Source: Candidatus Bathyarchaeia archaeon (lineage in GTDB: Archaea > Thermoproteota > Bathyarchaeia > Bathyarchaeales > Bathycorpusculaceae). From it: 64,000 nt of DNA. Shown here one piece after another: positions 30,292 through 40,936 of the stretch (its first letter is position 1; the number at the start of each line of letters is the position of its first letter). A program made the translations under genes and the position numbers. The notes beneath the pieces are model-generated. The model was not told the origin of the DNA, ran no database searches, and saw only the letters and a program-made list of their open reading frames with translations. The stretch spans positions 32,001 through 96,000 of the forward strand of contig JAVZLK010000004.1 of NCBI GenBank assembly GCA_038883795.1. Direction: 5' to 3'.

Positions 30292-30357
30292 CCGGAAAAG
30301 CATATATCCCTAACCCATTTTTATGTAAGGCTTTCACAACAAAAGAAGGATTAAAGC

Positions 30358-31011
30358 ATGAGTGAAAAAACTGCAAATCCAGCTCCGCTTGGGCTTTTAG
30401 GCTTTGGAATGACAACGATCCTCCTAAACTTTGTCCACAACGCCCGCTTAGGACCAGTTGACGGCATGATTCTTGGAATGGGGATATTCTACGGCGGTTT
30501 AGCCCAAATTATTGCTGGCATATTAGAATATAAGAAGGGCAACACTTTCGGCACAACAGCCTTCACATCCTATGGACTATTCTGGCTATCCTTCGTAGCC
30601 CTAAACTGGCTTGGAACAGCTAACGTGGCAGCGATGGGCGTATGGCCATTCTCTTCTTACGGACCAGCTATACCACAATACACTACGCCTTGGCTTGTCA
30701 GTCAAGAAGCCTTTATGGCTTATTTCTTCATGTGGGGACTTTTCACTTTTATCATGTTTTTCGGCACTCTAAAAACCAATAGGGCATTACAATTCGTTTT
30801 CCTAAGCCTCGCAATCCTATTCTTCCTCCTCGCAGCCAAATCTGCGCTTCTAGCCTACACATCTCTTACATCAGCAGACTTGGAATTGTTTACACGCATA
30901 ATTGGGGTTGAAGGCATAGTCTGCGGATTAAGCGCCTTCTACTTGGGTTTAGCAGAAATCCTAAACGAAGCCCATGGAAGAACAGTATTGCCAATATGCC
31001 CAGTAAGCTAA
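30358..31011 (+). CDS. satP: Acetate uptake transporter (GPR1/FUN34/YaaH, SatP family)
   Basis: [28 protein letters not shown]. Confidence 0.92.
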   Translation: MSEKTANPAPLGLLGFGMTTILLNFVHNARLGPVDGMILGMGIFYGGLAQIIAGILEYKKGNTFGTTAFTSYGLFWLSFVALNWLGTANVAAMGVWPFSSYGPAIPQYTTPWLVSQEAFMAYFFMWGLFTFIMFFGTLKTNRALQFVFLSLAILFFLLAAKSALLAYTSLTSADLELFTRIIGVEGIVCGLSAFYLGLAEILNEAHGRTVLPICPVS

Positions 31012-31124
31012 ACTTTTTTGCCCCTTTTATTTTTGATATAAACCAACAATAATTCCATATTTTCCTAACCTAAACCTATAAATATGGTAAATAATTTTTG
31101 TAAAGAAAATCCTCAAAAGGTGAA

Positions 31125-33176
31125 ATGAAAATGTCCAAGGAAGGAATAGAAGTCTACAAAGAATTTGAAGCTAACATAATTCCGCCCAGTTGGAAAGACC
31201 GTGTATGGGATAAAAGCGACTTTAAAAAATGGTATGAAAGCACGGTAAACAATAAAAAAGCCATGGAGGAATGGTGGGAAAAGTGGGCGAACGAAATTTT
31301 CTGGTTCAAGAAATGGGACAAAGTGTTGGATGACAGCAACCCCCCATTTTACAGGTGGTTTGTGGGTGGAGAAACAAACCTAGCCTATTTGGACACGGAC
31401 TGGCAGATTGAACAGGGAAGAAAGAACAAGCTGGCTCTGATTTGGGAAGGTGAACCATGGGATGAAACCCTTGAACAGCCAAAAGAGGTTAGAAAATTCA
31501 CATATTATGACCTATACAGAGAATCCAACGTAATCAGCCACGCCCTAAAAGAGAAACTCGGCGTCAAAAAGGGCGAAATAGTGACATTATATTTGCCCAT
31601 GATTCCAGAACTACCCTTCTACATGCTTGCCCTCCAAAGACTTGGAGCAAAACACAGCGCGGTCTACAGCGGTTTTAGTGCTGATGCTTTAGCCACAAGA
31701 GCCATGGATGCAGGTTCAAGAATAATCGTCACTGCTGACGGATTTTATAGAAGAGGGAGAATAATTAGCCTTAAACCAATAGTGGATGAAGCCCTAAAAA
31801 TATGCGCACAAAGCGGCGTTAAAATAGAAAAGGTTATAGTGGTTAGAAGGGCTGGCAATGAAATACCTTGGAATACCCAAATAGACGTTTGGCATCATGA
31901 ACTGATAAAGGATGTGCCAAAAAATGTGAAGGTTCCAGCTGAAAGATGCGGCTCAGAAGATTTCTCCTATATCCTCTACACTTCTGGCACAACAGCCGCA
32001 CCAAAAGGCGCACAAATTCCTATAGGTGGATATGCAGTCGGATTGTACGCTACTATGAAGTTGATATTTGATGTTAAAGACACTGATATTTACTGGTGCA
32101 CAGCCGATATCGGATGGGTAACTGGGCACTCCTACATTGTTTATGGTCCGTTTCTAACTGGTTTGACATCAATAATGTATGAAGGCGCGCCAGATTTCCC
32201 AGGACCCGATAGGTGGTGGAGCATAATTCACCGTTATGGAGTTACACTCTTCTACACAACGCCGACAGCCATTAGAATGCTTATGAAGTTTCCAGAAGAA
32301 CTCGTCAAAAAATATGATCTATCCACAGTTAGGATTTGCCACTCAGTGGGCGAACCCATAAACCCAGAAGCCTTCAAATGGTACTTCAAAAACATTGGAA
32401 GAGAGGACATAATCGCCTCAAGCACTTGGTGGATGACGGAAACAGGACAAATGTTGACGGGGCATTTTCCAGGGTTAGGAAAAATATTTCCATTAAAGCC
32501 CGGAACAAATGGTTACCCATTCCCAGGCGTCACATTAGAAGTTCTCGATGATGATGGAAATCCATGCCCGCCTGGAGTTAGAGGCTACTTAGCAATAACT
32601 TCGCCTTGGCCTGCAATGCTTATGACGCTTTATAAAAATCCCCAAAGGTATGTGGATGTTTATTGGTCAAGGTTTAAGGGCAAAACCTACTTCTACACTG
32701 GAGATTTCGCAATAAAAGACAAGGATGGATATTTGTGGATATTGGGGAGGGCGGACGACGTCCTTAAAGTTGCTGGTCATAGGATTGGAACTGCTGAAAT
32801 TGAATCTGCAATGATTAAGCATCCAGCCGTTGCAGAATCAGCATGCATTGGCAAAGCCGACCCAGTTAAAGGCGAAATACCCTTCATATTCACAGTCCTC
32901 AAACATGGCTATTCGCCAAACCCGAAGCTTGCGGATGAGTTAAAAATGCATTTGAGGGCAACCATTGGTCCCCTTGTGGCTTCAGATGCTGTCATAGCCT
33001 TTGTTGATTCTGTGCCAAAAACAAGAAGCGGCAAAATCATGAGGAGGCTGTTGAAGGCAATTGTTAGTGGAGCAGCCATAGGCGACGTTACAACGTTGGA
33101 AGATGGGGTGGCTGTGGAAGAAGCAAAAAGGGCTTATGAGAGCGTGAAAGAAGCTTTAGAACGCGGCAAAACCTAA
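31125..33176 (+). CDS. acs: Acetyl-CoA synthetase (AMP-forming)
   Basis: YTSGTTAAPKG, WCTADIGWVTGHSY, VGEPINPE, TWWMTETG, PKTRSGKIMRR. Confidence 0.93.
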   Translation: MKMSKEGIEVYKEFEANIIPPSWKDRVWDKSDFKKWYESTVNNKKAMEEWWEKWANEIFWFKKWDKVLDDSNPPFYRWFVGGETNLAYLDTDWQIEQGRKNKLALIWEGEPWDETLEQPKEVRKFTYYDLYRESNVISHALKEKLGVKKGEIVTLYLPMIPELPFYMLALQRLGAKHSAVYSGFSADALATRAMDAGSRIIVTADGFYRRGRIISLKPIVDEALKICAQSGVKIEKVIVVRRAGNEIPWNTQIDVWHHELIKDVPKNVKVPAERCGSEDFSYILYTSGTTAAPKGAQIPIGGYAVGLYATMKLIFDVKDTDIYWCTADIGWVTGHSYIVYGPFLTGLTSIMYEGAPDFPGPDRWWSIIHRYGVTLFYTTPTAIRMLMKFPEELVKKYDLSTVRICHSVGEPINPEAFKWYFKNIGREDIIASSTWWMTETGQMLTGHFPGLGKIFPLKPGTNGYPFPGVTLEVLDDDGNPCPPGVRGYLAITSPWPAMLMTLYKNPQRYVDVYWSRFKGKTYFYTGDFAIKDKDGYLWILGRADDVLKVAGHRIGTAEIESAMIKHPAVAESACIGKADPVKGEIPFIFTVLKHGYSPNPKLADELKMHLRATIGPLVASDAVIAFVDSVPKTRSGKIMRRLLKAIVSGAAIGDVTTLEDGVAVEEAKRAYESVKEALERGKT

Positions 33177-33191
33177 CAACCTATTCTTTTC

Positions 33192-35876
33192 TTATGCCAA
33201 TTCCATTATTGCTTTGGAAGTTTCGCTGTCCACTGGTTCAATTCTAAAACCCTTTTTCGTGCATAAGTGAATCATTTTCGCATTGTCTGAAATTACAAAA
33301 CCATAAATCGCCTTCAACTTCATTTCTTTACCAATCTCAATAATATAATCAATCAATTTAGACCCAAGTCCAAGCCCTTGCCACTGGTCTCCCACGACAA
33401 CGGCGAACTCACCATTCTTTCTGCCGGGCTCAAGAGAAAGCAAAGCAACCCCTATAATTTTTCTTTGGTCTTTTTGTATTTCTGCAACTATGGCGATTTC
33501 ACGGTCGTAATCTAAGTTGCAATATCTCGTTAAAGTTTCGTGGGTTACTTCTCTAAAAACTTGGAAAAACCTAAACCTCATGGTTTCTTCTGAAAGGGAG
33601 CAGTACAATTCACGCAGGAGCGCTTCATCTTCTGGTTTTATTGGGCGAAGAATAACCTCTGTTCCATCTTTCAAAGTCCACCGTGTAACATACTTTGTTG
33701 GGTATGGCGCAATAACAAGGTGTTCATGAGAGCGGGGTTCATGCAAAATTTTTTCTGGGTCTATGACTATTCTGGCATCCACAGCCAAGGCAGTATTCTC
33801 ATCAACTATTAGGGGATTTATTTCTATCTCCTTTATCTCAGGAAAGTCTATGACGAGTTGGGAAAACTTTACCAAAATTTCTTCCAAAAGCTTAACATTA
33901 AAGCGTCCTTCGCCCATTTCCGCAAGTTTGCAAACTTTGGTTCTTTCCATAAGTCTCCTTGCAAGCACCTGATTTAAGGGTGGAAGCCCAATGTTTACGT
34001 CTTGGAATAATTCTGTGGCGGTTCCTCCCATTCCAAACATTATTATGGAGCCAAACTCCTTATCCTTTTTTGAGCCTATTAGCAGTTCGCAAAGTTTTTT
34101 CTGAACCATGGGTTGAATAATGACGCCTTGAAATTCTGCTTCTGGACTGTACTTTTTAACCCTTTCAGCCAGTGTTTCGAAAAAGGCTTTGGCTTGTTCC
34201 GGTGACCAAACGTTTAGGATTACTCCTTCAACCTTTGACTTGTGGGTTATTTGGGGCGAAAGTGCTTTCATAACTATGGGGCATCCGATTTCAGCGGCTA
34301 TGGCTTCTGCTTCCTCTGGAGTTTTTGCAACTAGGGTTTTTATTGTTGGGATTTGGTAGGCTTCAAGAAATTGTAAAGACTCATGCTGGTTTAGGATGGT
34401 TCGCCCTTCGTTGTGGGCTTTCCTTAAAACTTCTTTAAGAAACGTTGGAATCGCCAATTCCATTGTAAGCTCTTCTGGAGTCTGATACAGAAGTTCCAAG
34501 TTTTGAGTATAACTATACATATACATGAAGGTTGAAACCGCCTGCTCTGGAGTCGGAAACACGGGGATCCTATTTTTTCGCAGAATTTGTCCAGCCCTTC
34601 GGCATTCCACTTCGCCCATCAATGAGGTGAGAATGGGTTTGTTGGTTTGTTTTGACGATTCCAAAATTATTTTTGCAATGGCTAAGGGTTCGGTGGCTCC
34701 TTGCGGCGTGTAAATTATTAAGAAACCGTCACTATTGAGGTCTTGGAGGCAGATTTCAATAACTTTTCTGAACCGTTCTGGAGTAGCCTCTTCTAAAATG
34801 TCTATGGGATTCATAATGCTGCAGTAAGGAGGCAAGGCCTTCTTTAAAGCATCAATAGTCTCTGCGCTTAAGGAGGTTAGTTTTCCACCTTTGGCTATTA
34901 GAAAATCTGCAGCCATAATTCCGGGACCGCCCGCGTTTGTGATTATGGTTAGGTTTGGACCTTTTGGGTTTGGCTGCATCGCCAATGTTTCTGCGCAGTT
35001 GAATAGGTCGGTTATGGCTTCGACACGGACTATTCCAGCCCTTCTAAAGGCTGCGTCATAAACTGCATCTTCTCCGCAAAGGGCTCCAGTGTGGGAGACT
35101 GCTGCTTCAACGCTTCTTGGAAATCTTCCAGCCTTCACGACAACTATGGGTTTTACCCTTGCGAATCCCCTTGCTGCACTCATGAATTTTCTTGAGTTTC
35201 TGATGGATTCTATGTAAAGCACTATGCTTCTTGTTTGGGGGTCTGTTCCAAAATAGTCGATTAAGTCTCCAAAATCAACATCAATCATCGAACCCGTGGA
35301 AACTACAGCGCTGAATCCGATGTGGGCTTCTGAAGCCCAGTCAACTACTGAAGCGCATAATGCTGCGCTTTGGGATATGAAAGCTATTTTTCCAGGCATA
35401 GCCGCTTTGTTTGCAAAGGTGGCGTTCAACCCTATTTTTGGTCTCATTATTCCAAAACAGTTCGGTCCAAGAATCCGCATGCCATATTTATCCTTAATTT
35501 CAAGAATTTGCCTTTCCAAAGCTTCTCCTTCTTTTCCGGTTTCTCTGAAACCAGCGGAAATAATTATTATTCCTTCAACTCCAGCCTTTCCACATTCTTC
35601 AACTATTTGTGGGACAACATGGGCTGGTGTTGCTATTATGGCGAGGTCTACATGCCATGGAATTTTTAGGATGCTTGGATAAGCCGTTATACCTTGAACA
35701 GTGATTCTAAAGGGATTAACTGGATAAACTGTTCCAGTAAATCCAACTCCGATTAGGTTTCTAAAAAGTCTGGCGCCAACAGATCCTTCTCTGTCTGTTG
35801 CTCCAATTACTGCTATCCTTTTTGGGTTGAAAATTTTGTCGAGGTTTTCTGTTCCCACTCCCAAGGAATCCTCCAA
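33192..35876 (-). CDS. Acetate--CoA ligase (ADP-forming)-like/GNAT fusion, Pat/PatZ-type protein lysine acetyltransferase
   Basis: CoA-binding domain IAVIGAT, GPNCFG, SHTGAL, NAGGPG, NPID; ATP-grasp HKS, EINPL; C-terminal GNAT WQGLGLG. Confidence 0.9.
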   Translation of the reverse strand: MEDSLGVGTENLDKIFNPKRIAVIGATDREGSVGARLFRNLIGVGFTGTVYPVNPFRITVQGITAYPSILKIPWHVDLAIIATPAHVVPQIVEECGKAGVEGIIIISAGFRETGKEGEALERQILEIKDKYGMRILGPNCFGIMRPKIGLNATFANKAAMPGKIAFISQSAALCASVVDWASEAHIGFSAVVSTGSMIDVDFGDLIDYFGTDPQTRSIVLYIESIRNSRKFMSAARGFARVKPIVVVKAGRFPRSVEAAVSHTGALCGEDAVYDAAFRRAGIVRVEAITDLFNCAETLAMQPNPKGPNLTIITNAGGPGIMAADFLIAKGGKLTSLSAETIDALKKALPPYCSIMNPIDILEEATPERFRKVIEICLQDLNSDGFLIIYTPQGATEPLAIAKIILESSKQTNKPILTSLMGEVECRRAGQILRKNRIPVFPTPEQAVSTFMYMYSYTQNLELLYQTPEELTMELAIPTFLKEVLRKAHNEGRTILNQHESLQFLEAYQIPTIKTLVAKTPEEAEAIAAEIGCPIVMKALSPQITHKSKVEGVILNVWSPEQAKAFFETLAERVKKYSPEAEFQGVIIQPMVQKKLCELLIGSKKDKEFGSIIMFGMGGTATELFQDVNIGLPPLNQVLARRLMERTKVCKLAEMGEGRFNVKLLEEILVKFSQLVIDFPEIKEIEINPLIVDENTALAVDARIVIDPEKILHEPRSHEHLVIAPYPTKYVTRWTLKDGTEVILRPIKPEDEALLRELYCSLSEETMRFRFFQVFREVTHETLTRYCNLDYDREIAIVAEIQKDQRKIIGVALLSLEPGRKNGEFAVVVGDQWQGLGLGSKLIDYIIEIGKEMKLKAIYGFVISDNAKMIHLCTKKGFRIEPVDSETSKAIMELA

Positions 35877-35966
35877 AATTACCCTAAGTATAGCATATAC
35901 GATTGTGTTTTAAAGTATTTCTAGTGAATATGTCTATCGCTAATCTTTTAAAGTCGAAACTTTGTT

Positions 35967-37289
35967 TTACGGGTAGACTCTTGTGATGGTTCTTGGGAAA
36001 GGAATGGTTTCACGTATATGCTTCAGCTTACAAATCCACATGACGGTTCTTTCAATTCCTAGCCCAAATCCTGAGTGGGGAACTGAACCATATCTTCTCA
36101 AATCCAAATACCACTCATAAGCTTCTCTTGGCAAGCCAAACTCTTCTATCCTCCGCTCTAACAATTTCAAGTCGTGGATTCTTTCGCTTCCACCAATTAT
36201 CTCGCCATACCCCTCCGGAGCCATCAAATCCGCGCAGAGCACAACTTCTGGGTTTTCTGGGTCTGGTTGCATGTAGAAGGCTCTGGCTTTTGCTGGATAG
36301 CGATGCACAAAAACTGGTTTTTCAAACTGCAACGATATGAATTTTTCATGGGGTGCTCCTAAATCTTCTCCCCACTCAATATTGTAACCAGCCTTCTGCA
36401 GTCTATCCACCGCTTCCGTATAGCTTATCCTCTCAAAGGGCGGCTCAACCTTTCTCAAAGGCTCCAAATCTCTTTTCAAGAATTCTAATTCTCTTTTTCT
36501 CCTTTCCAGAACCCGCTTGACAATGAAGGTTACCATTTCTTCTTGAAGTTTCAAGTTATCCTCAAAAGTGTAGAAAGCCATTTCAGGCTCAACCATCCAA
36601 AACTCCGTCAAGTGTCGTGGAGTCTTTGACCTTTCTGCCCGAAAAGTTGGACCAAAACAGTAGACTTTGCCAAAAGCGGCGATGGTGGCTTCAACATAAA
36701 GTTGTCCGCTTTGAGTTAGAAAGGCTTTATCACCAAAATAGGGTGTTTCAAAAAGTGTGGTTGTTCCCTCAACAGCTGACGGTGTGAGAATTGGCGAATC
36801 TGTTAGGGTAAAACCATTCTCGTCAAGAAAATCTCTGCAAGCCTTTATAATTTCAGCTCTCACCTTTAAAATGGCAACTTGCCTTGGGCTTCTTATCCAT
36901 AGATGCCTAAGGCTTGCTAAAAAGTCGATGCCATGGGATTTCTTACTTAAGGGGTATTCTGGCATTGCCAAATGAACAATTTTCAAATCCTTAACTCTCA
37001 CTTCGTAGCCGCCCGGTGCTCTCTTGTCTTCCTTAACTATGCCTTTAACAATAATTGAGGATTCTTGGGTTAGCTTATCCACGTCCTCGAAGGTTTGTGG
37101 AGCCACGTCTTCCTTGTGGACTGTGGCTTGTATCATTCCGCTTCCGTCTCTAATTATTAGGAATTGGACTCCTCCGCTGGAGCGTCTCGTAACTACCCAA
37201 CCCTTTATTTCAACTTCCTTTTCTGTCAGTTTTCCATCCAAAACTTCGCTAACGCTCATGATTATCATTCTCAACCGCTTATTTCTCAA
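35967..37289 (-). CDS. asnS: Asparagine--tRNA ligase
   Basis: OB-fold [52 protein letters not shown]. Confidence 0.93.
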   Translation of the reverse strand: MRNKRLRMIIMSVSEVLDGKLTEKEVEIKGWVVTRRSSGGVQFLIIRDGSGMIQATVHKEDVAPQTFEDVDKLTQESSIIVKGIVKEDKRAPGGYEVRVKDLKIVHLAMPEYPLSKKSHGIDFLASLRHLWIRSPRQVAILKVRAEIIKACRDFLDENGFTLTDSPILTPSAVEGTTTLFETPYFGDKAFLTQSGQLYVEATIAAFGKVYCFGPTFRAERSKTPRHLTEFWMVEPEMAFYTFEDNLKLQEEMVTFIVKRVLERRKRELEFLKRDLEPLRKVEPPFERISYTEAVDRLQKAGYNIEWGEDLGAPHEKFISLQFEKPVFVHRYPAKARAFYMQPDPENPEVVLCADLMAPEGYGEIIGGSERIHDLKLLERRIEEFGLPREAYEWYLDLRRYGSVPHSGFGLGIERTVMWICKLKHIRETIPFPRTITRVYP

Positions 37290-37395
37290 ATTTTAATGTC
37301 AACACTTGTTTTTAAGTATTAAATTTTTGAAATTAAACAGACAATCCTTAAATCGCCCTTCCTCGCCCATAGTATGTATCTGCGAAGGTTATTAG

Positions 37396-37941
37396 ATGAA
37401 AAAGGCTGCGCCGGAAAAGTTTGAGGTTCATTATTTGATGGAGAGTGTAGCCTTCGGATTAACAGACGGCATAATATGTTTTCTCGGCATAATCGTCGGC
37501 GTTGCAAGAGCCACCCTAGACCCAAACCTTGTAATAATAGCGGGCATTGTTGGCGGAGTGGCTGATGCCCTCGGAAACTCTGTAGGCTTCTTCGTTTCCC
37601 AATCAACGGAAAGGGCAGTTCAAATTTATGGGGTTGAGCAAGGAACCGAAGGCAGAGTTCATACTAAAAAGGAGGTTAGAATGAGCGGAGTATTCTCCTT
37701 CATAGCCACCATAATCGCCCTCTTCTTCTTGATTTCGCCATTCAAACTTGTAAACGACATACTCTACGCTACAGTCCTCTCTTTCATAATTGGCATCATA
37801 TTAGCCTTCATTCTGGGCAGTTACGTTGGAAAACTAACAAAAGAAAACCAATTCAAGTGTGGACTAAAATACGCTTTCATAACCATTGCTGGAGCCCTAA
37901 TCTCCTACTTCATAGGAGAAGCCCTCCACATAATCATATAA
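37396..37941 (+). CDS. VIT1/CCC1 family transporter
   Basis: FGLTDG, AGIVGGVADA, five hydrophobic segments. Confidence 0.75.
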   Translation: MKKAAPEKFEVHYLMESVAFGLTDGIICFLGIIVGVARATLDPNLVIIAGIVGGVADALGNSVGFFVSQSTERAVQIYGVEQGTEGRVHTKKEVRMSGVFSFIATIIALFFLISPFKLVNDILYATVLSFIIGIILAFILGSYVGKLTKENQFKCGLKYAFITIAGALISYFIGEALHIII

Positions 37942-37958
37942 AAATTAGGCTGAAAGCT

Positions 37959-39797
37959 TCAGCGAAGCTTAATTTCTCTTATAAACCCCAAGTTTTCCAG
38001 GCTGTTCATTTGCACCTTTGCTTCGGACACCGTGTACAATACATTATCAATGTAAAGCGCCCTTGATATATAATAGTAGGCATCATTCTCTTGGTGAGTA
38101 ACATTACCCCTTAAAACGAGTCCTTCATCCAAATTTATTTTGAAAACGTAGACACCATACCATGGGAGAAAATTGTATTCTAGATGTGGGTCTTGGTAAT
38201 AAATTGTCACTGGAATAGCTAAAAGCTCCTTCGTTTTATTGAAGAGAAACGCCTTATGCTCTGTCAAAGCCAAAGTGTATGACCAATAACCATCAATTTT
38301 ATACTCCGTTATGTTCCTTGGAGCTGTAACATTGCTAACGTCATAGACGGAAATTTTCACGTTACTTCCATCCATCCCTAAGCCTATAATGTGATTTCCA
38401 TCGTAGGGATGCAGATAGCTTGTAAAACCTGGAATTTTTAAGTAGCCTAAAACTTTTGGTTCACTAGCATTCTCAACATCTATTACGAAAAATGGGTCTC
38501 TTTGAACTACAGAGGTTGAAAGGTAACAGCGATTTCCTATAAATCTAGCCGAGTTCATGCGCTCATTAAAGGCAAGGGTTATGTTTTCTAATCTTCCAAC
38601 AATGCTTAAGTTCATATCTAATATGAACAAGTTGTTTTGGATGTTTCCGTTCACCCATTCACTAGTGGCTATTCTGAAGTAACCATTATGCTCATCCATT
38701 GAGAATTGGTTAAGCGGATGTCCTAAGACGGAGCCTACGGCTTCTGGAGTGATAGTGCTGTTTTCTATGCGTATTCTATATATGGTTGTGTTTTGGTAGT
38801 TTTCTGGGAATGTTATGTAAACATTGTTTAAAGAAACATACATGCAGCTTGCTCCGCCCAGCATAATTGGCTTGTATGTTGCTTCTTCCGTGGCGTTTTG
38901 CATGTTGAAGGCAACAATTGTTGTGTACAAATAGTACTCATCAGAAGCATTATAATAGTAGATTTCGGTGGCGTCTATTTCTTTGGTTCCTTCCTTTGTG
39001 TAAATTTTCGGAAGAATAACCATGCCATCGATGAGGTAGGCTGGTTCGCTGACAACAAAATAGACGTAGTCGCCTATCATTCTTGAATTGAAGTAGCTGC
39101 CACTTATCGTGAAATTTTTTAGGAAAACCGGGTTCGCTTTGTTTGAAATGTCATATAAGTCTATGAAAGTTTTCATGTTTAGGCAATAATATGCAAAATA
39201 CTCATATGGGAACTTTAAAGGAATAAAATACTGGCATCCTAAAACCGCTAATCTATCGCGGCTTACAAAGATTCCCACAAGATAAGTGTCATTATAGGTT
39301 ATTTTCGAAACTAACTCAGCTTCTTCTGGCGGATAAGCCTTTAAAATAGAGACATCGCTTCCTGACACCACATAGATGTATCCTCCATCGGTTTTTACGA
39401 TGTCTGCTTCGTCCACCCCAGCAACCTGAACGTTTGTTGTTGAATATTCGACATTTGTGCGCACTTCAAGTCCTAATGGATATATTCCTAAAATTTCAAA
39501 ATCAAAAGGTCCATAGAATATAAATGGGGAACTATTAGATAAGAAACTTTTAAGCTCGTCTAGGGATGAGAATGTCCTTAAGGCTGTGAGCGATGGGGTG
39601 GGTGAAGGCTCCGTGGGTGGGGTAGGTTCAACGGGTACTGTTGGCTGGGTGGGTTCTTCATATTGTGGATTAACCCCCAGATTATAGCATACTGAGCTTA
39701 ATAATATTGCTAGGAGAACAGCGGCAAAACCGTAAACGTATGCACGCTTCTTAATTTCCTTCTGCATCCCAATCGCCATTAAACAAAGCGTTATCAT
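37959..39797 (-). CDS. Secreted/membrane-anchored beta-propeller domain protein with Pro/Thr-rich linker
   Basis: N-terminal TM, PTQPTVPVEPTPPTEPSPTP, YSTTNVQVAGVDEADIVKTDG, NQFSMDE, GYLKIPGF. Confidence 0.85.
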   Translation of the reverse strand: MITLCLMAIGMQKEIKKRAYVYGFAAVLLAILLSSVCYNLGVNPQYEEPTQPTVPVEPTPPTEPSPTPSLTALRTFSSLDELKSFLSNSSPFIFYGPFDFEILGIYPLGLEVRTNVEYSTTNVQVAGVDEADIVKTDGGYIYVVSGSDVSILKAYPPEEAELVSKITYNDTYLVGIFVSRDRLAVLGCQYFIPLKFPYEYFAYYCLNMKTFIDLYDISNKANPVFLKNFTISGSYFNSRMIGDYVYFVVSEPAYLIDGMVILPKIYTKEGTKEIDATEIYYYNASDEYYLYTTIVAFNMQNATEEATYKPIMLGGASCMYVSLNNVYITFPENYQNTTIYRIRIENSTITPEAVGSVLGHPLNQFSMDEHNGYFRIATSEWVNGNIQNNLFILDMNLSIVGRLENITLAFNERMNSARFIGNRCYLSTSVVQRDPFFVIDVENASEPKVLGYLKIPGFTSYLHPYDGNHIIGLGMDGSNVKISVYDVSNVTAPRNITEYKIDGYWSYTLALTEHKAFLFNKTKELLAIPVTIYYQDPHLEYNFLPWYGVYVFKINLDEGLVLRGNVTHQENDAYYYISRALYIDNVLYTVSEAKVQMNSLENLGFIREIKLR

Positions 39798-39837
39798 TCT
39801 ATTTTATTCTAATCTTTAGTACAGCCTAAAGCAGAAA

Positions 39838-40296
39838 CTAGAATGGTTTCAAAGACCATATGCGTATAGCTTCATACCAAAATATTGCCGAAATTATGGC
39901 TCCAAAGAAGATTATGAAAAGGTTTTCTCTTGTGAAACCTTGCATTAAAAATAGGAGATAAGCCACATAGAAGGTTGTGGAGAAAACCGCGTAAAAGAAG
40001 TATCTTGGAAATAGGATTCTGCCCAACTTTACAAAGTGTCGAAGCACACCGATTTTGACTTCGCCAACCAAAGAGTAGTGTCCACCAATATCATGTTTCT
40101 GCACCAAGCCTAATTCACGTAATTGTTCAAGGTGGTGCTGTGCTACGCTTGGGCTGCTGAAATGAAGGGCTCTTTGAACTTCGCGAACACTCATTGGTCT
40201 ACCGCTTTTTAATAGAAGCCAATAAACTTTCCAGTCCTTCCCCCTAAGCGCATATTCAAATTTGGCTTCATCCTCCTCACTCAATGGGCGACACAC
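39838..40296 (-). CDS. Membrane-anchored wHTH transcriptional regulator
   Basis: SVREVQRALHFSSPSVAQHHLEQL HTH followed by two C-terminal TM helices. Confidence 0.8.
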   Translation of the reverse strand: MCRPLSEEDEAKFEYALRGKDWKVYWLLLKSGRPMSVREVQRALHFSSPSVAQHHLEQLRELGLVQKHDIGGHYSLVGEVKIGVLRHFVKLGRILFPRYFFYAVFSTTFYVAYLLFLMQGFTRENLFIIFFGAIISAIFWYEAIRIWSLKPF

Positions 40297-40363
40297 TTCT
40301 CTAAATTAAATCCATAACATGTGAGGCTTATAAGTCCAATTTTTAGAACAAAAACCGACCATG

Positions 40364-40936
40364 TTAACTGAAATGCGCAGTAATTTCTTTTTCTATCTCC
40401 ACTACTGGTCTGTTTGCGTTTATAATGTTCCACTCATCAATTAATGCCAAATAAAGAGCTTTACGCCTAATCTTTTCCAATTCTTTCAAGCTTTCAAACA
40501 TTTCCCGCCTTTTTCGTCCTTGCTGTATTCTTTTATAAGCCTCCTCTGGTGTAACGTCCAGGAAAAACATGAAATTTGATGTTGGCACAATGGCTGCGAA
40601 GAAGTGGTAGGCTATTCTGTGTAATGGTGATGGCAGATAGGCGGTTCCCATAAGGTAACGGACAAAAATTATGTAGTCAAATTTCCTCCAAGAATAAAGC
40701 AAAATTGAACGGATAACATCAACCATGTAAAAGAGGGCTGCTGCAAAATGGGCACTTCTACCCCTCAAGTAAAGAAACTGTTTTGCTTTTATTCCGAAAA
40801 AATTGTCGTTTGAAGGGTGAAAACGCAAATAAACCCTTTTTCCACCACTTTTTAGAAAGTTGTAAAGCCTAAAGGCTTGGGTGCTTTTTCCAGAAGCATC
40901 CAAACCGTCTATGGCTACGAAAACCAACCCTTTCAT
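40364..40936 (-). CDS. Thymidylate kinase-family nucleotide/phosphate kinase (divergent)
   Basis: P-loop IDGLDASGKST, FLDVTPEEAYKRI; canonical DRY replaced by VRY. Confidence 0.75.
   Translation of the reverse strand: MKGLVFVAIDGLDASGKSTQAFRLYNFLKSGGKRVYLRFHPSNDNFFGIKAKQFLYLRGRSAHFAAALFYMVDVIRSILLYSWRKFDYIIFVRYLMGTAYLPSPLHRIAYHFFAAIVPTSNFMFFLDVTPEEAYKRIQQGRKRREMFESLKELEKIRRKALYLALIDEWNIINANRPVVEIEKEITAHFS

Noticed and set aside
39595-39660. Repetitive GGT/GGG-rich tract
   Set aside because: Explained by the Pro/Thr-rich linker of the beta-propeller protein.
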